Shown here: in pieces, positions 25,153 to 36,145 of the stretch
Layout of the letters: each line of letters opens with the position of its first letter
How positions within the stretch are numbered: the first letter of the stretch is position 1
Assembly (NCBI RefSeq): GCF_964204645.1
Contig: NC_134029.1
Coordinates: 1,240,001-1,304,000 of the forward strand
Reading direction: 5' to 3'
DNA: 64,000 nucleotides
Source of the DNA: Tubulanus polymorphus
Taxonomy: Eukaryota; Animalia; Nemertea
Position numbers and translations under genes: made by a program
Notes under the pieces: model-generated
What the model was told of the DNA's origin: nothing
The model's database searches: none
What the model saw: the letters and a program-made list of their open reading frames with translations, nothing else

Positions 25153-26321
25153 ATGCGTCTAGTTATATTTCTCGTGTTTGCCATTCTCTCGGGTAAAACG
25201 TTGGCTAAGTACAGTTTCAAGAACTGTGATAGTAAGTGATAAGTATTTCTACAAGGTTTTATATATGAGCACGTACATATCGTGACAACGAAATTAAAAG
25301 ACGTATTTACGCGTCTGTTGGTTTCAATAGACAAGTGACTACATAATTCAATTGAGGAAAAACACCCATAATTATTGAAAACTAAGAGAGTAGTGACGTT
25401 TAGACTCAGTCTTATGAGCTATTCTAAAAACTGTTTTGAAAATGGCGCAAACAATTGAGTTGGAACATGGCTCATAGAATTGAGTCAAAATGTCATTAGT
25501 ATTAAAAACGGCTGATCGAATTGAGCCGAAGCATCATTATACTCCTTTAGTTTCTAAAGATTTTTACGCTATTTCTATACACTGAGTTAATGGATTGAGA
25601 TCAAGTATCAGAAAATGTATCTATGTAGCTTGAATATGTATCTATGCGTAATTCTTAGATGGACCTCGTAACGTGTCACTGGAAAATTTCTCAATCGATT
25701 CCTCGAAAATTTCAACCGATGACTTCATTGAATTACCCGGAACTTACAACATATCAGCGACATTCTCGGTGAATGAGCCTTTCGACTCGATCGACGCAGA
25801 TGTCACTATGAGAAAACATTATAAAGGAGGTCAGATACTCACAATTTCGTGTTACAAAAACACGGGCTCTTGGTAAGATTTTTGGTTATTTTACAAGTTA
25901 TCGCCTGGTCGTATCGCATGAATTCCAAACGCTTCTTCGACCATAAAAAACTACATACATCTGCCCAGCAAACTACGCGCATAAAGCCTGATTTTCTTTG
26001 AAGAATTAAATGAAATAAGATGGTTTTATGTTGTTTGTGATTTCTAGTTTTTATGAAGATATCTACGGTTCCTTTAACCAAACTGGTAGCATAGTTATTG
26101 ATAAAGAGTTTGATTTACCGGTCATCGCCGGCAGTTCGGGATTATTTGCCCGGGTAAGTCAGATCTTATGAATAAAGCCTAGAACAGATTTTGAAAATGT
26201 CACTAGAGCATTCATTGATCATGTTGTAATATTTTTGTAGGGATTTTATGAATTGACGGTCAAACTACTCTCCGATTCGCAGCAGGTCGGGTGTTTTGTA
26301 ATAAGCGCTGATGTACGATAG
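25153..26321 (+). CDS. Secreted ML-domain (GM2-activator-like) protein 1, reduced 4-Cys form
   Basis: Exons 25153-25231, 25659-25872, 26048-26153, 26241-26321; signal peptide MRLVIFLVFAILSGKTLA; FKNC, ISCYKNTGSC, VGCF; same intron phases (1,2,0) as the adjacent paralog. Confidence 0.85.
25378..25554. mobile_element. MITE-like element (family B) in intron 1 of ML gene 1
   Basis: Imperfect terminal inverted repeats AAACTAAGAGAGTAGTGACG / TACTCCTTTAGTTTC; related sequence at ~12750-12830. Confidence 0.5.
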
Positions 26322-26915
26322 AATATGAATTTCCGATTCTACTCACACGGATCCAAAACTCGCTCACTCCTCGTTCAAAAAACATTTCAGAAATTTTCTA
26401 TCACTTTCAATATTTGGATTGATTATGAATAATTGTGCAGTAATAATAAACTCGTTCTAATACTGAAAAATTAAATTATAATTGGGTCAGATTTTACCCC
26501 GATTTTACCTGCAAGTGTTTGGCTCCCGGTTGGACTTGACGACTTACACTAAGTAAATTAAATTGGAAATACAAATTGAGACTCGAAAATAGAGATGACT
26601 TCTGTAGTGCGACGACTAATCCAAATGACGGTTAGAGAGTTTGGCTGAGGTCTCTGAGAGATGGGCCGACATCGAGGAAATCCTCATGAAATAACGGATG
26701 TCTCCGACTTGGAATAAGGTCACGAAATTGTATTTATTTCCATCCGAATGAAACAATATTTCATCAACGTGATTTTTCCACGAAAAAAAAAACCGATAAA
26801 TTTGCACCTGTTCTATCGCATAAAAACAGATGCTGATTCTCCCGTGTGAGATCGTTATCTTATCCTAAACTCGGTGTATAAAACACGGTCATCATAAAAA
26901 ATCGAATCATTAAAG

Positions 26916-28012
26916 ATGTTGAAAATCACAATAGCACTATTGAGCGTGTTGGTCGCGTGCTCAACTGCTTTCAAATATAAAAACTGTGGTAAGATCGTAT
27001 TTTTATTTTATCTATTCACAATATTTCTGCAATATTACCACCAGGGCCGAGTTGCGCATTCTCCAACTGGTTCTTTAGTTGTTAGATTAGCTATAGAACA
27101 ACACATGTCTCAAATCCAAGCCACGTCTCTGTTACTGGCCCCGGGTTAATTTGTTCATTTTTCTGTTGAATTGCAGGCAGTAATCAGGCTATTCGAGTGA
27201 ATCAACTTTCTTTGTCGCCTTCGTCAATTCATTTCCCCGGTCAGCTGCGTATAAGTGGTTCAGCTACTATAAACAGACCTATCAATGGAAATCTTGAAGT
27301 TAAGATGGATTTAAAGAAGAAATTCCTCTTCTGGATAAAGGTTCCTTGTGTCAAAGGTATAGGATCATGGTAAGTTACATTTTAGATGATGTCTCCGTTA
27401 AAAGAACCGAAATCTGAAGCCGGATCTATTGTTGAATTTAACTTTAATTTTTTATGGAGTTAGATTATTTCATTTTCAAATTGTTAACTCTATCGTCAAA
27501 GCCTAACTCATAACGGTGGAACTGGTTTCACAGTTTGGATTATTTCTGACATATCAAGAAAAACAAACATAAAGACGACGTACACTTGAAAGAAAGGGCT
27601 GTATGACGTTATCTTAAAGATGTCTCAGAAATGTTCCTGTTTTGACTCGAATCAGCCTCAAGCCGTATGTAATAAAACCGCGCATATCTTCAGCACTCAC
27701 CGGAATATATGCGACAAATTGAAGTTGATCTCGTGTCCGGCTGGTAAACAATGTCGTTGCCCATTTTCACCCGGAACGATCAACTTCGACGAAGTTGTCA
27801 ATTTACCAAAAATACCCACTGGACTGAAGATATTAGCCAAGGTACGAATGTACATAACACAAATACTTAAAACGAAATAAAGCTATATATTTGTGATAGA
27901 TTATATAGATATTCATTCATTGATATTTCAGGGATCAATCAAAGTAAAAGCGATGCTACGAGAAAATGGAAGAGAAATCGGTTGCGTGGAAATTGAAACT
28001 TCAATCAAATAA
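26916..28012 (+). CDS. Secreted ganglioside GM2-activator-like ML-domain protein 2 (8 Cys)
   Basis: Exons 26916-26988, 27177-27369, 27694-27841, 27932-28012; signal peptide; YKNCG, LSLSPSSIHFPG, WIKVPCVKGIGSC, CRCPF, EIGCVEI; AATAAA just downstream of the stop. Confidence 0.9.
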
Positions 28013-28158
28013 TACACGATTTTACGAATGTGGAATAAAAGTGAAATTAATTCTAAAATATCTGAAATATTCGTTCGATGTTTAGAATGGAGACCCGAAC
28101 ATAGGAATATCTCAGCGGACTGATATTTTCGATAAAGAATACGTTCTCGTAATGAGTC

Positions 28159-28427
28159 AATTATCTCCTAGGAAAAAAACTAGATGTTATTCTAGTCGCT
28201 GTTTCTTCCTAAGATTTCCGTGTACAGAACAGTCCTCGCAGATAATTCGCTATATTTAATACGACACCTTTTTCCGTACATGCCACAATCTGGTTTGCAC
28301 CAGAAAGATCAAAAACTGACCTATTTGGTCAATCTATAGATCGCGCATGAGCGGTCAGTGGAAGGTTCGTTTGTCGTCTCGACCTGAACATGATCTCACA
28401 GACTGTGGTCACATAAGATTATAATGG
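28159..28427. repeat. Dispersed direct repeat, copy 1 (153-bp core 28275-28427)
   Basis: Core differs from 35993-36145 at 3 positions; weaker similarity extends ~115 bp to the left. Confidence 0.9.
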
Positions 28428-28733
28428 AGTTCTAGTCGGTTGCCACGACCACAATTTTAGGTTCTACCCGACGCGTATTTCGCCAATTTGATTTTTTTAA
28501 ATGATTTCTATCATTTGTGAATTTTATTGAATCTAATTCTATCAGTGAAGTTGTTACTATTTGACCATATATTTGAATGTAAATATGTTTCTATTCCACA
28601 ATTTCAGGTTCCCCTTTTAATTAAACACAACCCACATTTTCACCTTAGTTTAAATGATTACTATTCGTCGTGAATTTCATTGAATCTAATTCTATCAGTG
28701 AAGTTGTTATGTAAATGTACTGCGTCTATATTT

Positions 28734-29741
28734 CTATTCGACGGTTTTCACTGAACTCTCGGTCACGTGATAAACATTCCGTCTTCTGTTCAACATCCAA
28801 CAAACTTTAGCAAAGAAATAATCACGAATTTCTCGTCCCAGCAGGAGATATATGTAAAAATTTATTGCATAATTACACATTACAAAATTGGTGAAGATTT
28901 CAAAGAGATAGTATTTTGGTTTCAAGGGAATCGGCAGAAATGCGGCGATAGACGTCGGAAGTGTGAACATGGCAAACGCGACTGAAACAGTTATAAGCAT
29001 TACTGTCGTACGTTTAGCTTTAGCCATTCTTTTATCGCAAACTAATTCTGAACTCCTGAATAACTGGAATATCAAGATAGAATTCGATGTCACTATTAAA
29101 CCTAGAGGCAACGGGTAGATGTAAATAGTTAATGCTTCCATTATAATTTCCAGTGGGATGGTAAAACTATAGTAACATCCGATCATTTCTAGGAATTCCA
29201 CATTCAGTGCAGGGGACACATAAATTACAACTAGGACGTTCATGGTTAGAATAAATAGGATGACGCATCGGGCGAATTTCGGTGTACATATCAAACGAGA
29301 TGTGAACGGGAAGAGAACAACTGCCGCTCGTTCTAGAGATATCGCTACTATCAACCACGAACTGCTAAATTGGACAACGGACATAGCAAATTCGTAGGTT
29401 CTACAACTGATCAGTGATCTCACCATAAATATCGGTTCACTCGCCACGTGATAGAATACAAACTGTAAAATAGGCATTATCGTCATATCGCAACAAAACA
29501 GAAAATCACACGATGACAAAACCACTAGATAGTTAGCGTAAGATAAACGACGAAATCTGCGACTTATCATTATCAGGAAAGTGGCTATATTTCCGAACGC
29601 CCCCATTAGAAATAGAATCGCCAAGAAGACAATTGAGAATGCTCGGTAGCTGCCCGTTCTGTAAGCCAAACCCAATAGAATGGTGTAACTGTGGTAGGCG
29701 CGGCTGCTTATGTGCATTGATACAGTTGAATTCATGACCAT
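28734..29741 (-). CDS. Intronless class A orphan GPCR, cluster paralog C
   Basis: First ATG at 29741 (MVMNST; the second Met aligns with paralog starts); same family motifs. Confidence 0.92.
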   Translation of the reverse strand: MVMNSTVSMHISSRAYHSYTILLGLAYRTGSYRAFSIVFLAILFLMGAFGNIATFLIMISRRFRRLSYANYLVVLSSCDFLFCCDMTIMPILQFVFYHVASEPIFMVRSLISCRTYEFAMSVVQFSSSWLIVAISLERAAVVLFPFTSRLICTPKFARCVILFILTMNVLVVIYVSPALNVEFLEMIGCYYSFTIPLEIIMEALTIYIYPLPLGLIVTSNSILIFQLFRSSELVCDKRMAKAKRTTVMLITVSVAFAMFTLPTSIAAFLPIPLKPKYYLFEIFTNFVMCNYAINFYIYLLLGREIRDYFFAKVCWMLNRRRNVYHVTESSVKTVE

Positions 29742-30103
29742 CCTTCCTCGCTGATTGTATTCAAACCAATAATGAATAGAGAAAGGTCTTGGCGAATCAA
29801 TCTGTTCGCATTGAATTAATATTCTATTATCTGTTGTCAACGTTTATTGAAATGAATTATTCGTTGAAACCTAACACAATTTTTATAATACACCAATTTA
29901 ATTCAATTCACGAATATGTCAAATGGACTATTTTAACGGACTAAGTAACGATTTTTGAATAAAATGCGAGCTCGAATAGAATCTGAATTAAATTTACGTG
30001 TGCTCTTGTGGTCAATTTCACATAAAGAAATAAGTATCTGCATATGTTGCTGAAATCTGCGATAGAATGTCATGTTCTCGGGAAAACTGCGAACTTGTTC
30101 TGC

Positions 30104-30317
30104 GACTTTCTTAAGACGTTTGTCTTAAGACGTATGTCTTAAGACGCTTGTCTTTAGACGTTTGTCTTAAGATATTTTTCTTGAGATTTTTTTCTTAAGA
30201 TTTTTTCCTCAAGATATTTTTCTCAAGATATTTTCCTCAAGATATTTTACTTAAGACAAACGTCTTAAGACAAGCGTCTTAAGAAATACGTCTTAAGACG
30301 AACGTCTTAAGAAAGTC
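30104..30317. repeat. Foldback element built from 13-bp TCTTAAGA-core units in inverted arrangement
   Basis: GACTTTCTTAAGACG(TTTGTCTTAAGAC)n ... (GTCTTAAGACAAAC-like)n TTAAGAAAGTC; the arms are reverse complements. Confidence 0.85.
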
Positions 30318-30674
30318 CTCAGTCACTCCTCCTCCTCCCTCCACTGTGGCCCCATAGTGACATACCCTTAACATTACACAACCGATGATTTTGCTCTTTT
30401 CGAATATTTCAAAGCTATTCGTACTTAGATGTAGAAACAAGAAACGAATTACAACTTCACGAATACGTACACCCAGGCATGGACAATTCGGACTTTTGAC
30501 TAATTCGGACAGAAATTAAATCGTTTTCGGATTCCCTGACGTACTTTCTTATCCTTAACTTAGACTCTCGCTTCACCCAATCAATTTTGCTAGTCCCTCG
30601 TGTTAGGCGGAATTTACCGTATAACGATAGCTCTTTATTGATAGATCTCGAAACAATAAAACATTTCTTTATTA

Positions 30675-33600
30675 TTACTCGACGTGTTTACGTCTTAAAT
30701 CGTATAGCGAATACCAGATTTCAGCGAGACAAACAGTCGAATGGAACCGATAGAAAATCCCCATCGGAAGCGTTATGTAACTGGCGACCATCCACGGAAA
30801 AATACGATGTTGATTGCGCTGTACGTTCAACGCCATGACCGTCGATTCTCTGACCTCGAACGTCAGTACGGCCCATAAAGCCACGTTAGCGATCAGCAAA
30901 AACGTGATAAACGAACGTCCTGGTTTTTCGTGGCGATCCGAATCGCTCATCGCCGACCGACCAAATGCACAGATTATGAAATGCGTTTGTAAAAAAGTTT
31001 GTAACATTTTAAAAAGTGGTAGCATCAAATAAGCGCAATGTGGACCGTCGATTGTTGAGTGGAACGTGACGATATCGATAGCTCCTAGTAGGTTGAATAT
31101 CTCTCCGGTGAAATACCCGGCTTGTCCTATCAGTAAGAGTGTATCATCGAATAGATCTGGTGAGGTTCCCGTGTGACTCAGTTTACTTGTGGCTTTTAAA
31201 GCGCAGAATACTGCGATTGTGCTGACGGAAAGTAGGAAGAATTGAGTCGTAAGGAATAGTAACATCGACACGTAATACTCGGTGCCGTCTGATGTTTTGT
31301 AGTTCTCAAACACGAAAAACATAGCGATGCTTATAACAGTGATGGACAATACGACGAGACCTAGGAACAAACCTCGATTTGCGCGGTGACAGAATATATC
31401 AGTGTACGGTTTTTGAGGATTTTCTCCGATCTGATCGTCGCTATCCGGAAGAGGTTTCGATACGTTCAGTAACATTTTGTACTGAATAGCAGCGCAGATG
31501 ATGCAGTATTCGACCACGCACGGGTACAGATACGGCGACGCGTTTGTAGCCAAAGTCGCCCCGTTCGACAAGGATTCATCTTCTGTTGTATCATTCTTCA
31601 AAAGTCGGCCTGAAATCACTAAAAAAATTCATAATTCATTAACCTTTATCATCAGGTTTCGTAGAACCGGAAGTTAGGTAAGGTGTGTTAGAATGTGATC
31701 TTATAATTGTGTAGGCGCACTAGATTAGTACGACACCTAGAGTATATGTACTGTACTAAAAGTTTATGTATGCATGCACAGTTGATTAATAAAGTTAGTT
31801 ATTCAGTAGTGTTCATAGAAGATACGTCGTTATTGTTTATCCTCTGCTGATAGTCCGAAATGGCTAATCAAAGTCAATCAGTGACCCAGGCTCATTCGTC
31901 TAACATAGTACCGTCAACAAGGTGGTCATATCTGTCATCATTCATCTTATGGGCCACGTGATCGATTGTATTTATAGGGATCTTTGAACAAGGTGAAATA
32001 CTATAAAATAGAATACAAACAGAAGACTAATGATATTTACTTCGAGTGTGGTGGTTTTCATTGCTCATCGCTTCCAGGGTTTCATGAGTTGTGATTGAGC
32101 ACCAAAGAGTTACGTTATACGCAATCAGATGTATCAAAGCGAATCTGACTAGCTTCACTCGTCTATTCACATATATCTGTAATGTAAATCATCAACACCA
32201 TTTATAGGGACAAAAACACTGATCTAATAATATTCAAATCACGCTTTATACAGACCGCCAGATCGCGGAGGTTCGTCAATTCGCTGATCTATGCATATAT
32301 GAATTTTGCTTGTATTTGAACTTCAAAGTTTATTTTTCAGAATCTGAGCATTTGAGCATCTGAGCATTGGGGAAATATATCTAGCGTTACATGCATTATT
32401 TTAATAAAAGGCAAACAACAAAAAAACAGGAGGAGGCCCTCCGGAATTCAAGAACCTAGACTTGAATCTCACTCTGCAAGCCTGTAAAAGTTATGCCACT
32501 TACATTGCTGTATTTGAATACTTGAAACGACTGCAGGAGAATAATGAGAATCGTAACGAAGTTGTTTATTGTATCGATGATGTCTTTCCACGTCCAGTTC
32601 TGTTTCAACTGTTCAAACGGCGAAACCAATCGAAATCCGAACATTATCATACCGACAATGTTAAATGCTGAAAATAATGTACGATAATCTGTGACCAAAA
32701 CAATAGAATACCGGCTTCATTTAACATCACAAAACTTTAGTTTTGGAGTCAAATGCACACCGACCTAAGAATATTTTTCTTTAGACAGTAAAATAATTCT
32801 GAAGGTCACACCCCTAATTCAAATTCGGACAAAACCTGTAACATGTTCACATTATCATATGATTTATTACACACAGAACTATATGAATGTTATATCTGGG
32901 TTTTCTTCAATATTATTTTCGTATTCTGTGCATATTTGGGGAATCATAGATATTCAATTGAACGAGCTGTATTTTATTTGAAAGGGCACTATAGTTGTAT
33001 ACTTTTATTGGACATGGATTCTGATGACAGCCTTAATTCGCATTTCGCCGACGATTTCTTTTTTTATTTTAGGATTCAGACATCTTTTCCGATCCATTGT
33101 CCGCGGCGTTGCTTTGCAATACGTACCGACCAGGCCGCATTTAGGATACAAGCTTATCACGTGCTGATATCCATACGCGACTTCCGGGTAGAATGCGTGC
33201 CGCTCATCTTGTTCGGTTGGTTGGTCTCCGTCCGGTTTGCTGTCAGCTCTGGATATCGTAGTTAGTTGGAATTGTGAATTGGGTTGTGAGATGGGGTCGC
33301 GTCTGTGACTTGCACGTCTGTATATGTCTAGGTGAAGGTACAACATCGCTATAAGTGCTACAAGTCCCATATACACCCTAAATACTATACCCTAGACAGA
33401 GAAACAAAACACTTATTCAAACCTTTACAACATCAAAAACATTCAATAATATGTATTTGTATTTTACTATAATTTCTAACGCTTGCGACAGATTTTTCCA
33501 ATGAAATATGTTCGAATTTCTTTTCCCAGTAAAAGATATATGTAAAAATTAATGGCGTAGTTACAAACGTGCAACTGTGTGAAAATATCTAAATAGAATT

Positions 33601-35583
33601 CGTTCAGCTCCCCGGTGAGTGGTATGAAAGCGCTGACTGACGTCGGGAGTGTGCATATTGCAAATGCGAGTGAAACTGTTACAAGCATTATTGTTGTACG
33701 TTTGGATTTCGTAGTTTTCTTATCGGACGAAAGCATTTTTAAACCTCTGAATAACTGAATTATTATAGCAGAATTTGAGGTGAAAATCAAAACCAGAGGC
33801 AGGAAATAAACGTGGACAACGATTGCCATATTGAACACGAATTGGTTGAAAAGTTCATAATAACAACCGAATATTGGGAACGAGAAATATATCTTAATCG
33901 TCGGTAGAACGCATATAACTAACGTATTCAGTGCAGAAATTGAAACGATGACACAACGGGCGAATCTCGGTGTACATATCAAACGAGATGTGAACGGGAA
34001 GAGAACAACTGCCGCACGTTCTAGAGATATCGCTACTATTAACCACGAACTGGTAGAGCCCATAAATGACATTATAAATTCATAGATTTGACAACTGATC
34101 AGTGAATTCATGATGAATATAGGACCAGTGTTGACGCGCAAGAGAACAAACTGTAAAACAGGCATCAGTGTAAAATTGATGCAAAAAGTCAAATCACTGA
34201 GCGATAAAGCTATCAGATAGTTAGCGTAAGATAAACTGCGGAATCTACGACTTATCATTATCAGGAAAACGGCTACATTTCCGAAGGCGCTCATAAGGAA
34301 TATGATTGGTAGAGTACATAGTGATATTGTACGGTATCCATCGGACTTGTTCTCCACAGACATGAGGGCGATATAACTGAGATAAGGTCTGCCAAACTGC
34401 ATATGAGTAGAGTTCATTATTTCTGGTGGCACGAAGTTTTCTTCTCCTGAGCTCAGAAACATCGATTAGGGTACAAAGAACGAGATAGAATTATTGTCTG
34501 AATATTATTATGGATTGTCTTAATGAAATAAACTGGTTTTTTCTTCATTAATTTAGTTCCCTGTGTGCAGCAATTTCATAAATCTAACCACGCCAGAGCA
34601 ATATTGATTTAGATTTCTAAAATGGTTGGTTGAAACATGAATCATTTTTCTAATCCATGGTTAAAAATAATGGTGATACAGAATGGTTGACTCGATTAAG
34701 TTAGAATATAGAGTCAAATTAGTTCGTCTACAACGCGTTAACCGTGAAGCTATAAGCGAGAACCGTCGAAACAAGGTCCATTATAATCTTTAAACAGAAA
34801 AGAAGCCAATAAAGTAGAAAAACAATTAAGGCTTTAGAAATAAACATATTCCACACGAAGCACACAACATTAGCAAATTCAAGCCATTGTTAACTTTGTC
34901 TCTGTGCAAACCAGTTCTAACTCTATATTCGTGATTTATTTTAGCATGTGAACATAGGTCTGTATGGTGAAAGGAACATTTGAAAAGAATTCTATATAAC
35001 AGCCTTTAAACCAGACTGGAATTCTGTGTTTTTGTGACATGACAATTTCGATGTTCTAAATGATACATTCTACTAAATGATTGTATATGGGCTTAATATC
35101 AAACCAGGTAGATATATAAACATGTAGATAGTTGATAGATCGTGTTTGAAAGCTGTTTCTATTAATTAACGAGGTATGTTGATTATTGGTATATATTGGT
35201 TATCTAGGACTCTTACTCTAACAGAATCCAGTTCCACAGTCTGTCGGTTAGGTTTGACTTGAAGTTCATTACAAGACCCGCTTCCTCTGGTTATCAAATA
35301 AGTTCCCTATAGATGAAATTAGTTCATTGTTAATGTTCTAAATCTAGTCAAATCCTAACCGACAGCACCGGGACTGGGTCCTACCGATCAACGGAACCAA
35401 AATGGCACCATCTGATCATATTTAACACTAATTGTATCGTAGACAGGTTTCTTTTAATCTTACCGGAATATAGTAATGATCTTTGAAATAGGCTCGAATG
35501 AACGTATCCGCTATTGAAAATACTATTCCCAATATACAAATAAAAATGAAATATAAAACAGTAAAAGTTTGTGTAGTCGCCAT
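30675..35583 (-). CDS. Otopetrin-family proton channel (539 aa)
   Basis: Exons 35464-35583, 33127-33391, 32504-32667, 32041-32176, 30675-31609 (1620 nt, phases consistent; in-frame stop upstream of the ATG). Motifs RFALIHLIAYN..LW, PYLYPCVVEY, C..ANRGLFLG, KPGRSFITFLLIANVALW, LPMGIFYRFHSTVCL. Confidence 0.92.
33476..34462 (-). CDS. Intronless class A orphan GPCR, cluster paralog D, nested in otopetrin intron 1
   Basis: Intact 7TM ORF with family motifs; paralog-aligned start is probably ATG 34417 (MNSTH); lies wholly within intron 33392-35463. Confidence 0.92.
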   Translation of the reverse strand: MFLSSGEENFVPPEIMNSTHMQFGRPYLSYIALMSVENKSDGYRTISLCTLPIIFLMSAFGNVAVFLIMISRRFRSLSYANYLIALSLSDLTFCINFTLMPVLQFVLLRVNTGPIFIMNSLISCQIYEFIMSFMGSTSSWLIVAISLERAAVVLFPFTSRLICTPRFARCVIVSISALNTLVICVLPTIKIYFSFPIFGCYYELFNQFVFNMAIVVHVYFLPLVLIFTSNSAIIIQLFRGLKMLSSDKKTTKSKRTTIMLVTVSLAFAICTLPTSVSAFIPLTGELNEFYLDIFTQLHVCNYAINFYIYLLLGKEIRTYFIGKICRKR

Positions 35584-35874
35584 AGTTGACGATCGCTAAC
35601 GATCGTTTTATCACAGGTCGTGTGATCACCTGTAATCATCTGATATGAATTTATTTGACCCGGACATTGTGATAATGGTATCAGCGATATTTGTGTCCCC
35701 GTTGACTTATAAGAGTTTTCATTTTTGAAAATTATTCTTAGACATTTTCAAGGACTGGGCGTTTTGAATTGTTTTTATCACAGATGATTTGATCTTTTGT
35801 CTCATGTCCGATAAGACGCGCCGCCTTCTTATATCATAGCATTTAGGGAAATTTCAGTAATATAACTTTGACCT

Positions 35875-36145
35875 AATTGTCTCCTAGGAAAAATAACTAG
35901 ATACAATCTTATCCGCCGTTTCATTTTAAGATTATCGTGCGCTTGACCAGTCCGCTGAGCCACTATCACGTGACAAGAACGTGACCTTTTGACGTACATG
36001 CCACAATCTGGTTTTCACCAGAAAGATCAAAAACTGACCTATTTGGTCAATCTATAGATCGCGCATGAGCGGTCTGTGTAAGGTTCGTTTGTCGTCTCGA
36101 CCTGAACATGATCTCACAGACTGTGGTCACATAAGATTATAATGG
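35875..36145. repeat. Dispersed direct repeat, copy 2 (core 35993-36145)
   Basis: Matches 28159-28427 in the same orientation. Confidence 0.9.
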
